64,000 nucleotides of DNA from the NCBI GenBank assembly GCA_963695555.1, contig CAVOGR010000001.1, positions 928,001 to 992,000 of the forward strand. Direction: 5' to 3'. Below the pieces are notes generated by a model, which was not told the DNA's origin, ran no database searches, and saw nothing but the letters and a program-made list of their open reading frames with translations. The stretch is from an uncultured Gemmatimonadales bacterium (GTDB lineage Bacteria; Gemmatimonadota; Gemmatimonadetes; Gemmatimonadales; GWC2-71-9). The position numbers and the translations under genes were made by a program. Positions 47,832 to 57,991 of this stretch are shown here, piece by piece (position 1 is the stretch's first letter; each line of letters begins with the position of its first letter).

Positions 47832-48290
47832 CTACAGCGGCCAGCCGGCCGGCCGGGTCGCGGTCAAGAGAAGCAACGGCTCCGTAAGCGTGACGGGCGT
47901 CATTGTCCCCTGAGAAGGACAGAGCGCCGAGGCATCCGGGCTGCTGCCGTCCGGGGTGAGCAGGGTGACCATCAGCGTTCGCGCCATCGCGTCGGCCGGT
48001 CGTCCTTCATCATCCACGTGCATGGCATGACGGTCTCGATCGGCCGTCTCGATGCCGGCCGGCACCTCACCGTAGACCCAGCACACCACGCCCTGCAGGG
48101 CGTTCAGCATCCGATGGGTGAGCGGCATGCTCTCACCACCCAGCGTGATGAGCCCGAACTGGAGTTGCCCGAAGTCCTCCCGCCGATGGAGCAGGAACCC
48201 GTACTTGTAGGTCTCCCCTTCGCTCGCGGCGCCGGCGATAACCTGTCTGAGCTTTTCCTGGACCGTTTCGACGATGTTGCGTGCGTCCAT
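47832..48290 (-). CDS. Hypothetical protein
   Basis: AGGAG SD, 152-aa ORF with typical codon bias. Confidence 0.7.
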   Translation of the reverse strand: MDARNIVETVQEKLRQVIAGAASEGETYKYGFLLHRREDFGQLQFGLITLGGESMPLTHRMLNALQGVVCWVYGEVPAGIETADRDRHAMHVDDEGRPADAMARTLMVTLLTPDGSSPDASALCPSQGTMTPVTLTEPLLLLTATRPAGWPL

Positions 48291-48345
48291 GAGTCACTCC
48301 TGGAGTGCATCCGGACATCGGTGTGCTCGCTCACATCGTCTCACT

Positions 48346-48361
48346 TGCATAAGCCGGGCCA
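48346..48361 (-). promoter_or_regulatory. Putative sigma-54 (-24/-12) promoter
   Basis: TGGCCCGGCTTATGCA (GG-N10-GC) about 55 bp upstream of ATG 48290. Confidence 0.55.
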
Positions 48362-48688
48362 CCTGCGCCCTGGGTTAGGCAGTGCCTGAGATAAGCAGTG
48401 TAAGTCGTTGAAAGACAGCATATTATCGATGCCCATATGATGCACTTTCCGAATTGCGCCCCAGGCCTGTGCGGTGGCCTGCCTCCACGATGTCTGGCAA
48501 GTTCCTTTCTCGCCCGAGATGAATCAGCCCTTGGCCCTCGAGACTCGGCGCACCGCTGAGGGCGATTGAGTCGATCTGCGTCTTTTCCTTTCGCGCACTC
48601 AGCGCGTGGCGTTGGTCTCATGGTGCCTTCAGGGTCCTTTCATCCCAGCTGGCCCATTCTTAGTATTGGCCCCGCCAGGAGACGGCAC

Positions 48689-49363
48689 ATGTTTCAGGAC
48701 CGGGTGGATGGGGGGCAACAGCTAGCGCGTGCGCTCGGCGGATATCGCGAGTTCCATCCCATAGTCGTCGCCTTGCCGCGGGGCGGGGTGCCAGTCGGGT
48801 ATGAGGTGGCGCGGGCGTTTGACGCGGACCTCGACGTCATCGTGGTCCGGAAGCTCGGGGCACCGGGGAATCCGGAATTTGCTATCGGCGCGGTCGCGCC
48901 GGGCATTACGGAGGTCAATCGTTCGGTAGTCGACACGTACGGCATCCCCGAGCGGTACATCGAGGACGTGATCCGGCAGGAGCGTGCCGAACTCGAGCGT
49001 CAGGAGCGGCTGTACCGGAGTGGGCGTGATCCGATTCAGGTCGCGGGGCGAACGGTGCTGGTGATCGACGACGGTTTGGCTACCGGGGCGACTGCTTCGG
49101 CGGCCGTCGCCTCCATTCGAACCCATGGGCCGGACCGGGTGATCTTCGGCGCCCCCGTGTGCGCTTGTGATAGCGCCGATGATCTCGCCCCGAAGACGGA
49201 CGGGGTGGTGTGTGTGCTCCGCCCGCGTGACTTTGCCGCTGTGAGCATCTGGTATCGCGATTTCACCCCGACCACCGATGCGGACGTAACCGACTGCCTC
49301 AACCGGGCCTCGAGGGCGCGACCCCCGGTGGGCAGCCAGCCTTGGGAGAGAGAACGATCATGA
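48689..49363 (+). CDS. Phosphoribosyltransferase (Rv0571c N-terminal-like)
   Basis: FQDRVDGG, ALPRGGVPV, VRKLGAP, IDDGLATGAT. Confidence 0.92.
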   Translation: MFQDRVDGGQQLARALGGYREFHPIVVALPRGGVPVGYEVARAFDADLDVIVVRKLGAPGNPEFAIGAVAPGITEVNRSVVDTYGIPERYIEDVIRQERAELERQERLYRSGRDPIQVAGRTVLVIDDGLATGATASAAVASIRTHGPDRVIFGAPVCACDSADDLAPKTDGVVCVLRPRDFAAVSIWYRDFTPTTDADVTDCLNRASRARPPVGSQPWERERS

Positions 49364-50034
49364 GGACGCTCGAACGGCAGCGGCTCGAACGGCCCGTTGT
49401 CATCCCGGCCGGCCCGGTTCGCTTGAGCGGCGATGTGGCGGTACCCGCTGGGGCGCAGGGGCTGGTGCTGTTTGCGCACGGAAGTGGGAGCAGTCGGTTC
49501 AGCCCACGCAATCGGATGGTGGCCGCCGAGCTGAGGCGGTCGGGGGTTGGCACCCTGCTGTTCGATCTCCTTACCGATCGTGAGGCGGGCAACCGGGCCC
49601 GGGTGTTCGACATTCCGCTCTTGGCCGAGCGACTGTGGTATGCGACCAGCTGGGCACTCGCCGAGCCCGACCTTCGCGGGTTACGGGTCGGTTACTTCGG
49701 CGCGAGCACGGGGGCGGCGGCGGCGCTGGTTGCCGCGGCCCGGCGCGATTCGCCGGTCGGCGCAATCGTGTCCCGTGGCGGCCGTCCGGATCTCGCGGCG
49801 GACGCACTGCCCATCGTTGCCGCACCAACCCTTCTCATCGTCGGGGCCAAGGACGACATGGTGCTCGATCTCAACCAGAGCGCGTTCGACCGGCTGACCT
49901 GCCACAAGCAATTGGAGGTCGTCCCTCGAGCGACCCACTTGTTCGAAGAACCCGGTGCCCTCGAGCGGGTAGCCCAGGTGGCCGCCGAGTGGTTCACCCA
50001 ATACCTGGGGACGAAGGAGGCTCAGGGAGCGTAA
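49360..50034 (+). CDS. Dienelactone-hydrolase-like alpha/beta hydrolase
   Basis: FAHGSGSSRFSPRN, GYFGASTG, SRGGRPDLA, HLFEEPG. Confidence 0.92.
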   Translation: MRTLERQRLERPVVIPAGPVRLSGDVAVPAGAQGLVLFAHGSGSSRFSPRNRMVAAELRRSGVGTLLFDLLTDREAGNRARVFDIPLLAERLWYATSWALAEPDLRGLRVGYFGASTGAAAALVAAARRDSPVGAIVSRGGRPDLAADALPIVAAPTLLIVGAKDDMVLDLNQSAFDRLTCHKQLEVVPRATHLFEEPGALERVAQVAAEWFTQYLGTKEAQGA

Positions 50035-50247
50035 CTGCCACGGTGCTCGGTGAATATCCGGAGTACCTGTGGGAGCAGTAGCTGTCAGGCTCGGTGTTCC
50101 GCTGTGAAACCGAAGCGAAGCGCCTTCGTAGTGATGGAAGCTCAACGTTGCCATGGCTTTCCATTACCCGTCCGCGGGGCGCACGCACGGTTGAGTCGTG
50201 CGCGTTCCCGGCCCGGTAGGCCGTCTACCCCTTTCCGGGATCAGTTG

Positions 50248-52965
50248 ATGCCATTCCTGTCACAACGGATGAGGCGAGCGACCCCTATCCGCCAGGTAAT
50301 CGGGGCGGCCCGCCGGACCGTCCTGCCGGCCCTCGTGGCGCTCGTCTACGGCGTAGCCCAGGGCAGTGACCTCGCAGGGCAACAGACCCCCCAGGCGGCT
50401 CGAACCACGGCATCATCGAGAGAGGTCACCGCCACGCGCCTCAACGGAGCCAGAATCGAACTCGACGGGCACCTGGATGAGCCGATCTGGCAACAGGCAT
50501 CGTACACCAACGCCTTCATCCAGAAGGACCCGAACGAAGGGACTCCGGCGACCACCGATACCGAAGTCGGCTTCGTATTCGATGACAATGCGCTCTATAT
50601 CGGCGCCCGCATGCACAGCCTCGGCCGCGACGACATCCGCGCGGTGATGAGCCGCCGGGACAACGCGGGCAACTCGGAGCGGCTGCTCGTTTCGATCGAC
50701 AGCTACAACGATCGCCGGACCGCGTACACGTTGGGCATTACCGCCACCGGGGTCCGCATCGACTACTATCACGGCACCGACAGCGAACACAACCGCGACT
50801 ACAACTGGAATCCGGTGTGGCAGGCCCATACCCACGTCAGCGACTCGGGCTGGACTGCGGAAATGCGAATTCCGTTTTCCCAGCTTCGGTTTACCGATCG
50901 CGAACGGCAGGTGTGGGGCCTCAACATGAACCGCTATATCCCGAGCCGGAACGAGGACGTGTACTGGGTTCAGATCCCCAAGAACGAGACGGGCTGGTCG
51001 AGCCGCTTCGGCCGACTGACCGGCATCGATGGGGTCCAACCATCCCGGCGGCTCGAACTCATGCCCTACGTGGCGTCGGACGCCCGGCTGACGGGGCAGG
51101 GCGGCGGAGACAATCCCTTCGATGACGGGTTCAATTTTACCACGCGGGTCGGCGGCGACGTTCGCATGGGACTGGGGCCGAACCTGACGCTGGAGGCAAC
51201 GATCAATCCGGACTTCGGCCAGGTCGAGGCCGACCCGGCCGAGGTCAACCTGAGCGCGGTCGAGACCTTCTTCTCCGAACGGCGGCCATTCTTTACCGAG
51301 GGCAGCCAGCTGCTCGATGGCGACGGCGCCGACTTCTTCTATTCCCGCCGCATCGGCGCGGCGCCGCGTGGCAGGGCCAGCGGCGACTTCGTCGACCAGC
51401 CGCCGGCGGCCACGATTCTCAGCGCCGCCAAGATCACGGGCCGACTGGCCTCGGGGCTCTCAATCGCGACGTTGGCCGCGCTGACCGGCAATGAGTTCGC
51501 TGACACGTACGACGAAGCCGCCAATACGTTCGGTCGGACCAGGATCGCACCGCTCTCCGGGTACGGAGCACTCCGCGCCCAGCAAGAGTTCGGACCTTCA
51601 GCGTCTACCGTTGGGCTGAGCCTCACTGCCGTGTCCCGCGATATCAATGAAGAAAGCCCGCTCGCGGACCTGATGACCCGGCAAGCAGTGGCAGGCGGGG
51701 TGGATTGGAATCTCAGGTGGGATGGTGGGGCTTACGTGCTCGGGGGTTCCCTTGGCTTCAGCCACGTCGCGGGCGACTCCGAGGCCATTCTCCGCATCCA
51801 GCGCAACGGCGTCCACTTCTTCCAACGGCCCGATCAGGACCATGTGACCGTGGACCCCACGCGAACCTCGCTCACCGGCTTCGTTGCATCGCTCGAATTC
51901 GACAAGAACAGCGGCGAGCATTGGCTCTACGGGGTGGAGGCCTCGGCAGAATCTCCCGATTTCGAGATCAACGACGCCGGGAGGCTCGGGACGACCGATG
52001 ATATCGACGCGTTCGGGTTTCTGCGATACCGGGAAACCGCGCCCGGTCGGCTATTCCGCGAGTACAACGTCTCGCTCTACAATTTTGCCGGGTGGAACTT
52101 CGGTGGAATTCGGCAATACACCGGGTTCGACCTCGAGTCGAACCTGACCTTCCACAATTTTTGGCAGGCCCACTTGAGCGTGGAACTCCAGACCTCGGCC
52201 CTGAGTGACCGGTTGACCCGGGGCGGCCCGCTCATGAAGCGGACCACCGATGTGGGGATAAACGGCGGGGTGTCCAGCAGTTTCTCCTCCAACACGCAGT
52301 GGCGGACCTTCGTCAACTTTCTTTGGGATGACATCGGGGGCTGGTTCTACGCTCTTTCCGGCGAGGTGTTGTTCCGGCCCAGCAGCCGGTGGCAGTTCTC
52401 GGTCGAGCCCGAATACTTCCGGCTGCACGACACCCGTCAGTACGTGAGTCAGCGGGCCGGTGGAAGCGCCGCCACCTTCGGCACACGCTACATCTTCGGC
52501 ACCATCGATCAAAGCACCATCTCCGCGCAATTCCGCCTCAACTACACGGTGACGCCCGACCTGACCATCGAACTCTACGCCGAGCCGTTCGCCTCGAGCG
52601 GCCAGTACTCGGACATCGGCGAACTGGCCCGGGCGCGGACCAACGACCTCAGGCTGTATGGTACCGATGGCTCCACGATTACCGAGCTGGAGGACAGCGA
52701 AGGCAATCCCTATGTCCAGGTGACCGATGGATCCGACACCTTTGCGCTGGCGCCGAGTTTCAATGTCCTATCGTTCCGGAGCAATCTCGTGGTGCGGTGG
52801 GAATGGCGGCCCGGCAGCACGTTGTTCCTGGTGTGGCAGCAGAACCGAGCGGATTCCGGTGATCCGCGGAGGCGCGCCGGGCTCGGCTCCTTCTTCGACT
52901 CCTTCGGCGCCGAAGGCGAAAATTTCCTGGCGCTGAAGATCAGTTACTGGCTGCCGGTGCGGTAG
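50248..52965 (+). CDS. CBM9-like plus DUF5916 outer-membrane protein (start uncertain)
   Basis: LDGHLDE..W, GWTAEMRIPFSQLRF, NPDFGQVEAD, ERRPFFTEG, FFYSRRIG, terminal KISYW. Confidence 0.88.
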   Translation: MPFLSQRMRRATPIRQVIGAARRTVLPALVALVYGVAQGSDLAGQQTPQAARTTASSREVTATRLNGARIELDGHLDEPIWQQASYTNAFIQKDPNEGTPATTDTEVGFVFDDNALYIGARMHSLGRDDIRAVMSRRDNAGNSERLLVSIDSYNDRRTAYTLGITATGVRIDYYHGTDSEHNRDYNWNPVWQAHTHVSDSGWTAEMRIPFSQLRFTDRERQVWGLNMNRYIPSRNEDVYWVQIPKNETGWSSRFGRLTGIDGVQPSRRLELMPYVASDARLTGQGGGDNPFDDGFNFTTRVGGDVRMGLGPNLTLEATINPDFGQVEADPAEVNLSAVETFFSERRPFFTEGSQLLDGDGADFFYSRRIGAAPRGRASGDFVDQPPAATILSAAKITGRLASGLSIATLAALTGNEFADTYDEAANTFGRTRIAPLSGYGALRAQQEFGPSASTVGLSLTAVSRDINEESPLADLMTRQAVAGGVDWNLRWDGGAYVLGGSLGFSHVAGDSEAILRIQRNGVHFFQRPDQDHVTVDPTRTSLTGFVASLEFDKNSGEHWLYGVEASAESPDFEINDAGRLGTTDDIDAFGFLRYRETAPGRLFREYNVSLYNFAGWNFGGIRQYTGFDLESNLTFHNFWQAHLSVELQTSALSDRLTRGGPLMKRTTDVGINGGVSSSFSSNTQWRTFVNFLWDDIGGWFYALSGEVLFRPSSRWQFSVEPEYFRLHDTRQYVSQRAGGSAATFGTRYIFGTIDQSTISAQFRLNYTVTPDLTIELYAEPFASSGQYSDIGELARARTNDLRLYGTDGSTITELEDSEGNPYVQVTDGSDTFALAPSFNVLSFRSNLVVRWEWRPGSTLFLVWQQNRADSGDPRRRAGLGSFFDSFGAEGENFLALKISYWLPVR

Positions 52966-52969
52966 CTGG

Positions 52970-55219
52970 TCAGGGGCCGCCGAGCTCGCGCCGGACGGCG
53001 CTCGCCACCGAATCGGCCTGGGCCGCGCCCGCCGAATCGCCCAGCTGGCGCAGGGTGGCCGCGAATCCGCCGTAAACGGCTTGATAGAGCTGCAAGATCG
53101 ACCCCGAGGGTGGATCCATCCATCCGCGGGGTCGTTCGCGCGCGGCCGACTGGTAGTGGTACACGGTCCAGAGCAGCTCGTAGGTGCGGGGCACGTCCAT
53201 GAACCCGAGACCCTGGCTCCAGACCACCGAGTCGCTGGGCACCACTCGGGTCGGCATGAGCTTTCGCACCAGTCCCTGGGTCACGAGGTACGGCGTGAGG
53301 GTAAAGGTCTGATCGGGGTATCCCGCCGCACTCCACGAAAAAAAGATCGGCCGTTGGTCGAGGTTGTCCCGGATCAGCGCCAGCATCGCGAGGTCGCGCT
53401 TCTCGAAGTAATCCTCGCCGAACTGGATGCGGACGCTGTCGAATTGAATCACGTTCCCGCGTTGAACGGGGAGAAGGAGCGGGAGACTATCGAGCTGTTG
53501 CTCGCTCATGCTGAACACCGGACGCGTCGGCTGGGTCCACGACCGGTTCCGCCACAGAGGGACCGAGCGGTCAGGGTCGAAGGGCACCTCCGGGCGCCGC
53601 CGCAGCTGCCGCAGGTGCCACTCGGTATTCATGAGGGAAAGATTGGCGAGCGTCACATCGCGGCGGACGCCCTCGACCTCCTGGGCATACCAGAGAGGGA
53701 AGGTGTCGTTGTCGCCGGCCGTCACGAGGATGCCGTAGGGCTCAACCGATTCCAGCAAATCGATGGCCACGTCGCGCGGCAGCGTCTCATGCGCCCGGCT
53801 GGCCGTGAAGCGATTGCCGAGCAGGGGCACGATCGCGAACAAGAGGATCGGGCTCGCGGCGAGCCAGCGGGTGCGCTCCGCCAGGCGCGATTCCAGGAAC
53901 CCGGCGATGCTCCGGAGCGCCGCGCCGAAGCCCAGCGCCACCAGCACACCGAAATACGCGAACGAACCAACGAAGAAGTAGTCTCGTTCGCGGACCTCAC
54001 GCACCAAGTCGGCGCGGTCCGGATAGATGGAGAACCCGTATTTGAAATTGAGATAGAAGATGAGCGCGAGGGTCAGCGTGCCGAACATGGCGGCCGCGGC
54101 CAAGCCGGCACGGCGGTCCCGGCGCAGCAGGCTGACGAGTCCTCCGAGCCCCAGGAACGTGAAGAGCGCGGTCACGACGCGGGCGACGCTGCCCCAGTCC
54201 CGCGCGAACTGCCAGGAGAAGTACTGGCCGTAGTTGGCCAGCTGAGCCACGAAGTCCGCCTGCCGGAGGAAGACCGACGGCTTGGCATACTGCTCTCGGT
54301 TGAGGACGGCCAGCAGACTCGACCATGTCGTTGGCTCGCCTTCATTGATCGGGGGGAACTGCCCGGCGCGGATCGGGAGGTAGAGGTAGTTGAGCGATAC
54401 GCCGATAATGACGGCGGCGAGACCTACGTACAGAAGGGGTCGCTTGAAGTCTCCGGGCGCGCGCCAGACGGCATACCCCACTGCGACCGGTACGGTCCAC
54501 ACGAGTGCGCCCCACTGACTCGGCGGTTGCCCGACCACAGTGGCCCACTGACCCGTCAGGGCGAGCGCTAAGGCGACGGCCATGAGCACAACCCACGGCT
54601 CGGTCGCCGCGCGCCAATCGGTCCAGAGCACGTAGACCGCCACGGCCGGCACGGCGAGGACGCCCATCATGTGGTTGGTGGAGGATAGGGCGATGATATA
54701 GGCGATCAACACCAACCAGCGATTCCGGTGGGGTCCCGGCGTGTCGTCTCCCCAGTGGACCGCGAGCCAGATGACGAGCGCCATCGAAAACAACGACAGC
54801 GTGTACACCTTCTCGTTCACGGTGGACTGGTTCCAGACCGTCCAGGAGGTCGAGGCGACGAGCGTGCCCGCGGCGGCCGCGGCGAGCCGCGCCCAGCGGA
54901 CCGGCACGATCTCGCGCAGCCAGCGCTCGGCGACGAGGAACCACAGCCCGGCCGCCGCGGCGCTGGTGACGGCGGCGAACAGATTGATACGGACCGCGTA
55001 GGCCTCGGCAAGGGGCAGCAGTCCGAAGACGTGGGCGGTCAGTGTAAAGAGCGGGTTTCCCGGCGGATGGGGAATGCCCAGCACGGCCGCGGCGGCGATG
55101 TACTCGCTCGTGTCCCAGAACGCGGTTGTCGGGGCCAAGGAGGCCAAGTAGATGGCGAAGATGGCCAGCGCCATGCCGACGGCCCACCCGTAGGGAGGGA
55201 ATGGCTTCGGGTCGTTCAC
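52970..55219 (-). CDS. DUF2723 / TMEM260-like GT-C membrane glycosyltransferase
   Basis: [48 protein letters not shown]. Confidence 0.88.
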   Translation of the reverse strand: MNDPKPFPPYGWAVGMALAIFAIYLASLAPTTAFWDTSEYIAAAAVLGIPHPPGNPLFTLTAHVFGLLPLAEAYAVRINLFAAVTSAAAAGLWFLVAERWLREIVPVRWARLAAAAAGTLVASTSWTVWNQSTVNEKVYTLSLFSMALVIWLAVHWGDDTPGPHRNRWLVLIAYIIALSSTNHMMGVLAVPAVAVYVLWTDWRAATEPWVVLMAVALALALTGQWATVVGQPPSQWGALVWTVPVAVGYAVWRAPGDFKRPLLYVGLAAVIIGVSLNYLYLPIRAGQFPPINEGEPTTWSSLLAVLNREQYAKPSVFLRQADFVAQLANYGQYFSWQFARDWGSVARVVTALFTFLGLGGLVSLLRRDRRAGLAAAAMFGTLTLALIFYLNFKYGFSIYPDRADLVREVRERDYFFVGSFAYFGVLVALGFGAALRSIAGFLESRLAERTRWLAASPILLFAIVPLLGNRFTASRAHETLPRDVAIDLLESVEPYGILVTAGDNDTFPLWYAQEVEGVRRDVTLANLSLMNTEWHLRQLRRRPEVPFDPDRSVPLWRNRSWTQPTRPVFSMSEQQLDSLPLLLPVQRGNVIQFDSVRIQFGEDYFEKRDLAMLALIRDNLDQRPIFFSWSAAGYPDQTFTLTPYLVTQGLVRKLMPTRVVPSDSVVWSQGLGFMDVPRTYELLWTVYHYQSAARERPRGWMDPPSGSILQLYQAVYGGFAATLRQLGDSAGAAQADSVASAVRRELGGP

Positions 55220-55229
55220 GGCGCGACCG

Positions 55230-56759
55230 TCAATGGCGGAACTGGCGCTGGCCGGTGACGATCATGGCCATGCCGTTGTCGTTTGCCGCCGCCACCACTT
55301 CGGCGTCCCGGATGGAGCCCCCCGGCTGAATGATGGCCGTGACACCGGCTTTCGCGGCCTCCACAACGCTATCGGCAAAGGGAAAGAAGCCATCGGAGGC
55401 CAGGACGCTGCCGGCGACGTCGTGGTGCTGCTGCTGCGCCTTGTAAATGGCGAGGTAGGTCGCGTCCACCCGGCTCATTTGACCGGCGCCGATCCCGATC
55501 GCCATCTCGTTCTTGGCCAGCAGGACCCCGTTGGACTTGACCGGTGCCACGGCCGCCCAGGCAAATCGGATGTCGTTCCATTCCTGGTCGGTGGGCTCGC
55601 GGGTGGTGGCAATGCGCCAGTTGTCCTCGCTCGGGTCGAAAATGAACCGATCCTGAACCAGAAAGCCGCCACGCACCTGCTTCGCGTCCAATCCCCGCTC
55701 GCCCCGGCTCACTGGGAGCTCCACGACCCGGAGGTTCTTCTTGGTCGCCAAGATTTCGACCGCGTCCTCATGGAAAGAGGGTGCGCAGACGACCTCGAGG
55801 AACAGCTCGGTCATGGCTGCCGCGGCTCCCCGATCGACCACGGTGTTGAATGCGGCTACGCCGCCGAAGGCGGATTGTGGATCGGTCGCCAAGGCTCTGC
55901 GAAAGGCGTCCTCCGAGGTCGTTCCCAGCGCCACGCCGCACGGGGTGGTGTGCTTCACGATCACGCAGGCTGGCCGGACCGCCCAAGAGGACGCGGCCCA
56001 CGCCGCGCCGTCGAGGTCGAGCAGGTTGTTGAACGACAGTTCCTTGCCGTGGAGTTGACTCATGTCCCGAATGCCGCGGGGCTCCTCCGACGCATAGAGC
56101 GCGGCACGCTGGCCCGGGTTCTCGCCGTATCGCAGCAACATCATCCGTTCGAAGGCGCCGACCAATCGACTGGGCAGACCATCTGACTCTACGGGCAGGA
56201 ATCGGGCGATGGCCGAATCGTAGTCGGACGTGTGGGCGAAGACCTTGGCGGCGAGTTCCCGACGGAAATTTTGGGGTACATCGCCTTGCTTGAGCATGGC
56301 GAGCACTTTGGTGTAGTCCTGCGGATCCACCACGGGGATCACGAACTCGTGATTCTTCGCCGCGGAGCGAAGCATGCTCGGCCCGCCGATGTCGATGTTC
56401 TCCAAGGCATCCTCGAACGGGACGTCGGGCTTGGCGATCGTTGCTTGAAAGGGATAGAGATTGACGGCCACGAGATCGATGGGCGTGATCGCATGCTGTT
56501 CGAGGGTCAGCGCGTGCTCGTGGAGATCGCGGCGAGCCAAGAGTGCAGCGTGGATCGAAGGGTGAAGCGTCTTGACCCGGCCGTCCAGAATCTCCGGATA
56601 GCCTGTGACGTCGTCCACGAAGGTCACCGGCACGTCGCCCGCGAGGAGGGCAGCGCCGGTTCCGCCGGTCGAGATGATCTCCCAGCCCAGATCGACGAGG
56701 CCACGAGCAAACTGGACGATCCCACGCTTGTCGCTGACGGAAATGAGTGCACGCGGCAT
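55230..56759 (-). CDS. purH: Bifunctional AICAR transformylase/IMP cyclohydrolase
   Basis: [33 protein letters not shown]. Confidence 0.98.
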   Translation of the reverse strand: MPRALISVSDKRGIVQFARGLVDLGWEIISTGGTGAALLAGDVPVTFVDDVTGYPEILDGRVKTLHPSIHAALLARRDLHEHALTLEQHAITPIDLVAVNLYPFQATIAKPDVPFEDALENIDIGGPSMLRSAAKNHEFVIPVVDPQDYTKVLAMLKQGDVPQNFRRELAAKVFAHTSDYDSAIARFLPVESDGLPSRLVGAFERMMLLRYGENPGQRAALYASEEPRGIRDMSQLHGKELSFNNLLDLDGAAWAASSWAVRPACVIVKHTTPCGVALGTTSEDAFRRALATDPQSAFGGVAAFNTVVDRGAAAAMTELFLEVVCAPSFHEDAVEILATKKNLRVVELPVSRGERGLDAKQVRGGFLVQDRFIFDPSEDNWRIATTREPTDQEWNDIRFAWAAVAPVKSNGVLLAKNEMAIGIGAGQMSRVDATYLAIYKAQQQHHDVAGSVLASDGFFPFADSVVEAAKAGVTAIIQPGGSIRDAEVVAAANDNGMAMIVTGQRQFRH

Positions 56760-56770
56760 TTTGCGTTCGC

Positions 56771-57376
56771 CTACGGCTGCGGGTTCACTGGCTCGGTGAG
56801 CGGGACCGGCCGGCCGGCCCGGGCGGCGGCCAACACGACGGCCGGCAGCAAGCGGTGCTCCTGGTCGAGGACCCGTCGCGCCAGCGAATCCGGCGTGTCG
56901 TCGGATTCGACGGAAACCCGCGCCTGGGCCAACACGGTTCCATGGTCGAACTCTTCGTCCACGAGATGCACGGTGGCACCGGACTCGGCATCTCCACTCG
57001 CCAGCACCGCCTCATGGACTCGCCGGCCATACATCCCGTGACCTCCGAACTTCGGCAAGAGCGCCGGGTGGATGTTGATGATGCGGCCGGCATACGCTGC
57101 CACGACGGGCGCTGGGACCAACTTCAGGTACCCCGCCAGGACCACGAGGTCGATCGCTCGACGGCCGAGTCGATCCAGCCATTCCGCCGCGGCGCTTGGC
57201 TGGTCGAGAACCTCTGCGGCAACGCCGGCTGCGCGCGCGCGGTCGAGTGCGCGGGCGTCAGCGCGGTCGCTCAACACCAATACCACGGCGGCCGGGTTAT
57301 CAGGCCCCAATCGGTCGAGCAGCGCTTGCAGGTTGCTGCCGCCGCCCGACGCGCACACCGCTATCCGGTACGACAT
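56771..57376 (-). CDS. purN: Phosphoribosylglycinamide formyltransferase
   Basis: SGGGSNLQA, LAGYL, NIHPALLP, GATVHLV. Confidence 0.97.
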   Translation of the reverse strand: MSYRIAVCASGGGSNLQALLDRLGPDNPAAVVLVLSDRADARALDRARAAGVAAEVLDQPSAAAEWLDRLGRRAIDLVVLAGYLKLVPAPVVAAYAGRIINIHPALLPKFGGHGMYGRRVHEAVLASGDAESGATVHLVDEEFDHGTVLAQARVSVESDDTPDSLARRVLDQEHRLLPAVVLAAARAGRPVPLTEPVNPQP

Positions 57377-57433
57377 CGCCGGGAAAGGTACAGGGACCCA
57401 GCGTGCCGGAGAAGGACGCCGCCCAAGTACCGC

Positions 57434-57991
57434 CTAGTCATGTTCGGCCAGGTGCGCGAGGATGGCATCCGTTGCCGCTCGGATGTCGGAGGCAGTCTCA
57501 AATCCGCTCGCCTCCGCGGCGGCGAGGAGGGCGTCGTTCGAACCGAGGATGAGAATGCCCTGGCCACCGAGCACCCGGGCCGGCTCCACATCGGTGAGTC
57601 GGTCCCCGACCCACCAGCAGCGCGCAAAATCAAGGTCGAAGCGCTGGGCCGCTTCGTGGTACAGATCGGTGCCCGGTTTGCGGCAACCGCATTGGCCGGT
57701 CACGGTTGGGGCGTGAGGGCAATGCAGTGACGCGGCGATCCGTCCGCCGTCACCGGACAACACAGTCTCCACCTTGGTGCGAACGGCGTGATACTGGTCT
57801 TCCGAAATGAGTCTGCGGCCGATGCCCGATTGATTGGTGACGATGATAGGCAGGAGGCCGGCCTGAGTGAGGCGGGCTATCGCCTGCGCGGCCCCGGGCA
57901 GGGGCCGCACGAGCGCTGGGTCGGCCAAGAACCCCGGATCGTCGATGAGGGTACCGTCGCGATCCAGGAAGACCGCCGCGCCCGCGCTCAT
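57434..57991 (-). CDS. gmhB: D,D-heptose 1,7-bisphosphate phosphatase-type HAD hydrolase
   Basis: FLDRDGT, VTNQSGI, CPH, CGCRKP, VGDR. Confidence 0.88.
   Translation of the reverse strand: MSAGAAVFLDRDGTLIDDPGFLADPALVRPLPGAAQAIARLTQAGLLPIIVTNQSGIGRRLISEDQYHAVRTKVETVLSGDGGRIAASLHCPHAPTVTGQCGCRKPGTDLYHEAAQRFDLDFARCWWVGDRLTDVEPARVLGGQGILILGSNDALLAAAEASGFETASDIRAATDAILAHLAEHD

Noticed and set aside
48645..48668. Sigma-54 promoter for the PRTase gene
   Set aside because: TGGCCCATTCTTAGT lacks the invariant GC at -12.
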